Assembly: GCA_002633005.1 (NCBI GenBank)
Contig: NMRA01000170.1
Span: 196,707-260,706, forward strand
Length of the DNA: 64,000 bases
From: Phoronis australis
Taxonomy: Eukaryota > Animalia > Phoronida
Reading direction: 5' to 3'
Part shown: positions 52,465 through 64,000 of the stretch, one piece after another
Layout: every line of letters begins with the position of its first letter
How positions within the stretch are numbered: position 1 is the first letter of the stretch
Translations under genes and position numbers: made by a program
The notes under the pieces: model-generated
What the model was told of the DNA's origin: nothing
What the model saw: the letters and a program-made list of their open reading frames with translations, nothing else
Database searches by the model: none

Positions 52465-53487
52465 CAACATTCTGACTTCATATAAAGTCCATTTTACATT
52501 GCGTGTGATTTGACGAGATGCGTTTTACTCAAAATTCAAATTGCTTCCTCGTCCTGCTCAAGAGATCACTAGTAGTATATTCGTTCGGCCCCGATTTGAT
52601 CGCTCGCCACTTGAATATCTCTCATTGCATTACCATAATGGACTTCGATTTCGATGCAGATAAAAACAAAACGGATATAAAAGGTAAAAGCATTTATTGT
52701 TTCTCTATATATATTTATAGGTGCACTCGGATGAAAACATCACACGTACAGTTTGAGCAATATTCGGAGACCGTTGTCAGTAAGAACAAAATGAACAAAT
52801 CAGTTTGTTAAGTAACCTGTTGCTAAGCTCTTGGTTTGAGATTTAGCATATCAACATGGGTTACTTCCTTAATTTTTTGCAGTTGCCCCACTGATCTTTC
52901 ACTTTCCCTGACAATGGTTTCCATAAACGTCACATAAGCACGCACGTTCAGTTAAATAACAAAAAAAACTTTGAATACCTGTCTAATATCAAATGCAGCC
53001 AACACATGTATAATACAAAATGCGAAACTGAATTACAAATTCATTTTCGCGCTATTACCAATAGCGGCTACTTTATATACACCAACTTTACTTACAGTGA
53101 ACATTCGAATACTATTGAATGATGTGGAATATTTCTACAGCACGTGTATTTACATTGAAGAGGAATTATGACTCTCTCTTGCTCAGTAAAAATCCTATTC
53201 CAAATTGGCAATAAAATTTCCATAAAGTATACACTGAATGAGTGAAAATAGAAATAAACTGTGCAAATTTTGTGCAGCAATACATTATAATATACCGTGA
53301 AATTGTCAATGGAGTTATAAAAATAGAATTATATTTCCAATTAATAAATTTACAACATTAAAAAAACTTGAAAAAGCCAGTCAAATTCAATAAACATTTT
53401 TCTCATTTGCTTTTTAGTGGGTCTTGAACATACAATATTGCCCAGTCTCGATAAAGATGGATGAATTCAATAGGAATATTTTATTTA

Positions 53488-56810
<3,323 letters not shown>

Positions 56811-57389
56811 TGCGTTTTCTTTTCTTTTTACTGGCAAATCTGGAAAAGTAAATATCGAAATAAATGCTGTGACTGACACACTTGTCACGTTTCGGAAAGA
56901 AAATCGCCCTCACTTTCGATGACTAAGGGCCCGGTTTTCTGAAAGTTACTTAGAAAGAAATTTGTTCTTACGATCCAACTTTACACTTGCTGAGCCAAAC
57001 AATTATGAACGCGTCTCAGTTTAGAAGTAATTAACAGAAATTATCTCAGTAACCATCAATAGTACGTCTATATAGACACTTTGCACTTCTGGACAAATGA
57101 GATTTAATTAATATTCTGAAGTGTGGAGCGTAAGATCAAAATTCTGTCTCCAGTCTTACGTCAATGGTTATGAAACAGACAACAAGTCTACAATAATTTT
57201 TATTCAAGTTGCAAATCGTTATTATGTCTGGGCATAATTTGTTTGCCTTGGTATCATCCACTGAAAAATTCCCTCATATATTTAGAAATTTAAATTAAAC
57301 TAAAGTTTCTACTTACATGTAATTCCTTGGCTTCACTATAGCTAATAACTACAAATCCTCACAGCTAAAGGTAATAAGCTCTCCCCATT

Positions 57390-57470
57390 GTTTATACTAG
57401 AAACGGCCCTGGTTACTCGCCTGGGAAACCATGTGATCGATAAGAGATCTATACTCTTGTCAACGGTAAC
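57390..57470. promoter_or_regulatory. Cluster of RFX X-box-like motifs upstream of the tektin gene
   Basis: gtttatactagaaac, ctcgcctgggaaac and cttgtcaacggtaac are imperfect matches to GTTNCC-N(0-3)-RGYAAC, next to the putative tektin 5'UTR exon. Confidence 0.35.
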
Positions 57471-58124
57471 CCTATACATACCAGCACAAAATACCATGCA
57501 TCAAATATTGAGCGATTTGCTATTGATTTTGAAAAATAATATACAGAATGGATGTGCATTTGTAAAAGAAAAAAAAAACATTAAAGCGGTTCACTCTTGA
57601 CGTCGTAAGTTCCAGGTTTTTACAGCGTAACTTGTCACATTTTCTGTTTGTCTGGGAAATGTAAATAGAAACTGCCAATAGCTTTGTCCATCCAGACGGC
57701 TACTTATCCCCTCCAACCTATTATGTTTGTCGAAGCTTCTCTTCTGTCTGAATAAAATGTCAATACAATTTGCCAACACCTTATAAATGCTCTTAGAAAA
57801 TTTGTCTCTTTTGTATGTCACTGAAGATTAAGACAACCATGAACAACAAACGGCAACTAAGCCTCTTCGTCAGTTCCAATGTGAAAACATTGATATTTCT
57901 GATTTGGAAAAAAATAAATTATCTAATTACGTTGACCTTACCATGCAATTCAAATGGTGATTACCTAAACTCTTCTATTTTCACCAAAAGTTGTTACACA
58001 TTTTTCTATAGTTTTGTTGACATCATAATGCAACAATGCGTAATATTTGCCTGGTCATCGGTTACAATAGAGCGAGAACCAGACTAATCGCTCTTTAGTA
58101 TTTGAAGGTAAAAACAAATCCAAT

Positions 58125-59096
58125 ATGGCTGAAGTGCAGGAGTCTGTGCCTGAACGTGAGTGATGATTTTCTTATGTTCAAGAACAAACAAGTGGTAAAA
58201 TAGAGTCGCTGACATATTGGCATTTTGAATCAAAGTTTCTTAAGGGCCAGTCGGTTGTCTTCACTAGAAAATTTCAAATCGCTGGACTTATACTACCACT
58301 CTTTAGTACGTGCTTGTGTAACATTCGACCGACAGGAGCTCCCTCATTTGTTGGCAAGGTAAACAAATTGCTTAGTCATTGTTATTGTGTTGGTCTAGAT
58401 TGCCCTGGGACGGAGAGCGAAGCTGCTGGGAAGGCTGATGCTTGCCAAGGTTGCCCAAATCAACAAATATGTGCCAGTGCAAAGCCAAAAGAACCAGACC
58501 CAGGTAAATTTGATTTTCAAACATATGTAGTAGTTCACCATTTAATAAATATTGAGATCCTGACCATTATACTATTGAAAGTAATTATGAATTAGTTGTG
58601 AAATGTATCTAGGAACCAGTACTAGAATGTATTAAACATTATTTTATAGTTTTTCTTAGTTTTACATTTTGTAATAAAATAACTATCATTTTTCCACCTT
58701 TAATTAAAAAGGTGCTTCAGAATCTTTAGTAAAAGTTGCACTTGTTTACTTATTTTCAGTGTCCCAACTCGAGCTGACCATTTTCAATTTTTTCTCTTGT
58801 TGAAGTGAATTCTTTTCCTCATAAATGATTGACTGTTGTTAAACCTCATGTATGTTAAAACAGATTTTAATTGCACGGATTTATTTTATATTTAATTTCT
58901 CTAGAGCGTTACTAAAACTCAGCTTCACAATTTACAAAAAATTCTTTGTGTTTGTTTTCTAGCCATTGAAGAGATCAGACTGCGCTTGCTTAGTGTGAAA
59001 CACAAACTGCTGGTTTTGTCAGGAAAGGGTGGAGTTGGTAAGAGTACATTCACGGCTCATCTTGCTCATGGACTGGCATCGGATGAAAATAAACAG
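58125..59096 (+). CDS. NUBP1: Cytosolic Fe-S cluster assembly factor NUBP1/Nbp35, exons 1-3 (gene continues beyond the window)
   Basis: Exons 58125-58155 ([10 protein letters not shown]), 58399-58503 ([27 protein letters not shown], the N-terminal 4-Cys Fe-S motif) and 58963-59096 ([19 protein letters not shown], deviant Walker A). The next expected exon (LDxDICGPS) was not found before 64000. Confidence 0.95.
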
Positions 59097-61886
59097 GTGA
59101 TGTTTTACACGTGGTTACCTTTCTTTCAGGATCTGAGCTCCATTTCATGAAATTTAAATGCTTTTTCAAATATGAGCAAAATGAATTGTCTTCATTTTGG
59201 ACATTTTTCAAATCTCTGCCTAGCTGAAGTGGTCGGAATTTCATCGTGTGTTGATAGAAGACATCTACGGCACAAACTGTGGTAATCAAGACGTAAACTT
59301 TTCTACTAAATAAATTTCACTTTTCTACCACATTGCATTCTAAATCAAAAAAATCCTCTCCTGTATTCTAGATCTAAGTTTGATCATATCATGCGAACTT
59401 CTGTCACGTTACTACACTTGTTAAGCTATCCTGTTGATTGTGTCAATCAAAGCTCAGAATAAAACACGTCTGTCAAACATTACCCAGGCCCTTTTAAGAT
59501 TAATGATTTCAAAATGTCAATAAGATTTCGTCATCTTATGTGACTTATTACCAGTGAGAAATTTCGGTGAAAGTTTTTTGTGCCAAATTACTACATCTGT
59601 GGTTACTAAATAATTTGCATTTTGTGCTGTGTGGCCAATGATTTTAAAAATGGGATTTTTGAAGAAGGGTTGTCTCAAAAAATCTGTATGCCAAAGAACT
59701 AATGTGCTGTTTCTCAGAATTGACATTATTTAGTGTTAATGAATAAAATATGAGTTTTGTGTGAAATGCTCAGTGATGGGTAAATACCACAGAGTAGTTT
59801 GAATTATTTATTTATATTACCCTGACAATGACCATGTCTTATTTCACTGTGATGTGAATGATTACGACTGTTCAAGTTATTATGCATGACCATGGTTACA
59901 TCCTTTAGACCAATGATCTCACTGCCACTTGTCATTGCTTTTTGGTTACCATGGTTAAAACATTGATGAGATTGGGTTTTTATTTCCTTTTATTGATCAG
60001 TGTGGAAAGCTATAAAATGTCCTGGGAATATCTAAAGTAGAATTTGTTAAATCGATAAGCCAAGGTATATACAAAGCTTTCAGGAAAACTACAGAACCGG
60101 AATCATCCCCTGAGAGCATAAATGGTAGAATCTCACCAACTGAGGACAAAATATGATCGCGTGAAGTTTTATTTTCACATTTTTATCATATATGACGATG
60201 CACAAAATTAACCCTTTACCATTTTTAAGGTCTATAGCATAGATACCATATGACAACATTTTCAAAATAATGTGAGAATTTGCAACGATGTTGGAAGACT
60301 ATAAAAATCAAAAAGGGCAATTTAGGTAATTATTGTTGTAGGAATTTGGTTAGACTTTGTTGTAGTCCATGATGTCACATTAAACATACATATCTGGTTT
60401 ATCAAAATCACTGCTATGATACAGGCATTAAGTCTAATGCTAGTTAATTCACCGTAAGCTAAGTTACATTTATGAAAGAGGCATCACCCTTCATTTAGCA
60501 TAGTTCCAGGTTATAATAGTTTTACATCACAAGTATCTGTATGGATCTTGATTCTTCTAAATTAATCTCATTTTGTCTGATCAGTATCTAAAACTTAGTA
60601 TTATATTAGCTACATTACTTGATAACTAGTTGTCAAGGGTGAGATTAGCTAATTGGTTATTAGAAACCATACTATGGCTAAGTAACTGATTATGTTGGCT
60701 AGACTGTCAGTCCTTCTACCTCCTAGCCAATTGAGCCTATGTATATACAAATCTATAATTTTGGTTTTGTTACTATAATTACTCTGAAAAACCATTTTGG
60801 ATACTTAATACTTGTTATCATTAAGGATAACATTGTTTCAAAACCCAGATCAGTTAGGTCAGTTTGAAATTAAACACCGGGTCCCTATCTTGTTGGTGTG
60901 TTGTCAATACACATGAGGAATTGAGCCAGGAGGTAGAGCATTACTTAGACAAGTACAACTTGTTAATAAGGCAATCTCAACCCAGACATCTTGTCTGATC
61001 TAACAAATACCCATTTCATTGATTCCCCTGGTCAGATTTAAATCTGAATAATTAGTTCATATCTTGCTAAAACCTGCTAAATATAAAGTAAATGTTCACA
61101 ATTTATCCCTGTTTAATTGTGCCTTATTCTACTAACAAAGAAAAAGTTTGTCTTACCTAAATGGTTAAGCTCTAAATCTACAGCTACTTGTCTCGGTGAG
61201 CTGCTTGTTACATGTGGCAACCCAGGCTGAGCTTCAGTATACACTCAGCTGCACCATGACAACACACACTCCTATTACCCAGCATGCCTCACTCACTTGA
61301 CTGTTAGGGGTCATGTGTGAGGTATAGAAAAGAGGGCATGAATAGCCTCTCATTCATCTCTTTGTATGTAGTGTGTGGTTTAGGATCCTGATTAGTTTTG
61401 TGTTTAACTCTTATTTGTGCTGCTTCCAGGCATTTTTGGGGTTAATTGTGTGACACAATATTGATATTTTTGATAGTACTGTCTATATTTGGGGAGCGTG
61501 TTCACATAAATTTACAGCAGGTTTCTAACTTATCGGATTTTTGTTTTTTATTATGAACATAAACTATAAGCAACTAACTGTGAACGTCTTCAGAATATTT
61601 GTAGAGAAATGGTGAATTTTCAGTTTTAGTGAGCCTGCAAATTCTTCATCTCTTAATTTATGTTGTATTGTTTAGTGAATATGCATTTTAGAATAAAAAT
61701 GATTTTTTTTGCTATTTACACACAAACTCATCAGGGTATTGGTCAGACTCTGTATACTGTTACTATGTCTTGGATGAAGGACCATTAACTGCCTTGTGTT
61801 ATATAATGTGCCTGATAAGGTCCTTCTAACTCTACTCAATTTAAGTTTTGTTATCTTACAAGTTGCTCAATTTTCATGCCCAATTT

Positions 61887-61907
61887 ATATATATATATAT
61901 ATATATA
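61887..61907. repeat. (TA)n microsatellite
   Basis: atatatatatatatatatata. Confidence 0.85.
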
Positions 61908-62160
61908 GTGGTAGTTTAGTTGTTGATTGAACTCTCGATGTATATTGTGTCTCAGTTATCCAGTTCTGCTATTTTCTGACTCAGGAAGCTGACATGAAAT
62001 TTGTTGCCATTGGATTATGCTTCCTTTTGAAATTTTAATTTAAAAACTCGTATTAAATTTTTATGGAATGAATTGAGCTGGCTTTTATCATTTTTTTTTC
62101 ACTTCATATTTAATTTGCAATATTTTCACTATCATAGTGTTTCTATTTTATACCCCCCCC

Positions 62161-62172
62161 NNNNNNNNNNNN
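62161..62172. other. Small assembly gap within a poly-C run
   Basis: 12 Ns flanked by C homopolymers. Confidence 1.
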
Positions 62173-64000
62173 CCCCCCCCCCCCCCCCCAATGGGCGTAT
62201 ACAACTGGTAATGAAGAATATATTCAGCTCTCATTCAAAGAGTTACAGATGCTGCAAAAGAATTTTGTTATTTTTAGTGACTTTATGGTATTGAAAACTT
62301 ATTAGAAACATTACTTAATTAAAACATAGCGACGTGGCATCTGGATGACCGTTACAAGGACATGTAAACACCCTTCGTGGAATTTGCAGCAAAAAAGGTG
62401 TTCTGTACAGTTTCTCGTCCCCAAAATAAACCCTTCAAGAAACATTATTGAAAAACCTTGTGGAATGGTTGTACCTAATTTGTGTGGAACCCTAATCTGT
62501 AACCTAGAGTGGCACAATGCTTTAAAGCTGAAGAACTGGACGAAATGTAGTTATAGTTAGTGGCTGTGTATCTTCTTAGTGAAACAATCAGTGGCTCCAT
62601 TCAGTCCACTTTGTTAGCACGTGTAATTAGCGTGCTGTCATGCTGAATTTAAGAACCAAAATAAAAGTTCCCCCCTCAAAACATGAACCCGGAACTTGGG
62701 TTTACAAAGACGCCATAGTATGTGGCTTTAATGTCTCAATTTAAAAAATGAGGGTGAAAGAGGAGACCAGTGGTGTCTTCAATTTAAGCTTTTGGATATA
62801 TTATCCTTTTATTATTATAAAACGGGGTGTTGCCCATTGGTCTGGGTAAACACTAGCGTACATAAGATAAGGAAAAATTGCTGCTCTGGAAACCACCTGC
62901 GTGACTTCTCGACTGAATTATCTATCCTATACAGAATCACAGTGGGATCTGACCCTGTTGATTCTTTACCCTTGAACAGGTACCTGCAGCGCTCTACACA
63001 TGTTGTGAGGGGCAGCAATGGCCCCTAATATTTTCCTACAGTGCTTCAGTTGTCAAATTAGGCTCAATCATGCTCTGTCTATGGTAATGTGTTTCAAGTG
63101 TCAGTCTGTAGTTATGTCTGGTAACTGACCATTAGATTTCCCTTGAATAGACCCTGCCAGGTTGCATCTAAGATCCCTACTGTGGCATTATACAGCCACT
63201 AACTAATTGGTTGCACCAGACCTTGTCTTGCTCATCAAAGGTACTGCCAAGAGTTATTGAGTAACCAGGTGACACTTAATAGTATATTATGTTTTCTAAC
63301 ATACAGTTCAGTGAGTAATTGTATTGATGACATGAAAGTGACTGGGTTGAGATTTCAAAAACATAATGGTCAATAACTTATAAAGGCCTCTTTAGTAATT
63401 TGCTAGATTCAAAGTTATCTGCTCCTCTTTTTAGGTTGTCTGGTCTATCCTATTAGCTTGATATCATAACCCTTAACCTGGTATCTAAGGGAGGTTAAAG
63501 GTCACAAATGTGATTTGCCATTGGGCAAAATGTATGCCTGACTATTACATGATTTTACTGATTATTCGCCAAGTTTTTGAAGGAATATGACAAAAACATT
63601 TGTTATTAAGCTTCTAAAGGAATTTAATTTCTGGGTATCATAATCATAAAGTAATATCACATTTTACCTGTATGCCTGGTGTTTACTGCAGTAGTTTCAC
63701 TTGACTGCATTGTATTTCTATGTAGAAAACCTACAGTATAAAAAGCCACTCTACTAGAAAAAAACTGAATAACATAGGAAGCAATCAAGACATACTGCCA
63801 TTGCTACCTTAAGTATTAAAACAGGTTTACCTTCAAAAGATGTCCAGAAAATCGTCTTGTGCAGTGAACAATCACAAACACGCTATGTCTTGTAGCCAAG
63901 CCAAGCTGATAAGACCTGTGTCAACAGGCTTCAGTGGTTGCTATGTTGGTTGACCTTTGACCTAATCCCTGCCAGAATAGGCATTTACAATATTACCTGT

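Overview
AT-rich genomic DNA from an invertebrate animal, probably a protostome (inferred from the quiver-type Ly6 gene, the EcKL kinase, the intron-rich genes and the TE content; the species cannot be determined). I reconstructed seven host genes by reading splice sites and checking intron phases by hand: an intronless class A GPCR (-); a type II membrane protein with five LDLa repeats (-); a GPI-type Ly6/quiver-like three-finger protein (+); an ecdysteroid-kinase-like (EcKL) kinase (-); a divergent N-acetylneuraminate-lyase-family aldolase (-); a tektin-3/5 (-); and the first three exons of NUBP1 (+), which continues past the window. Introns and intergenic DNA are full of non-autonomous DNA transposons whose TIRs and TSDs can be read directly. 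These include Kolobok-like THAP elements, two elements with 8-bp TSDs, a set of MITEs with 5-bp TSDs, and a 3-kb CAC-ended element carrying a decayed C2H2 zinc-finger gene. There are also two decayed LINE fragments, a tRNA-derived SINE head, microsatellites and assembly gaps. No prokaryotic-type system (CRISPR, operon) is present. The most notable observations are the zinc-finger-carrying CAC-ended transposon, the head-to-head tektin-NUBP1 pair, the protease-less type II LDLa protein and the altered substrate pocket of the aldolase.
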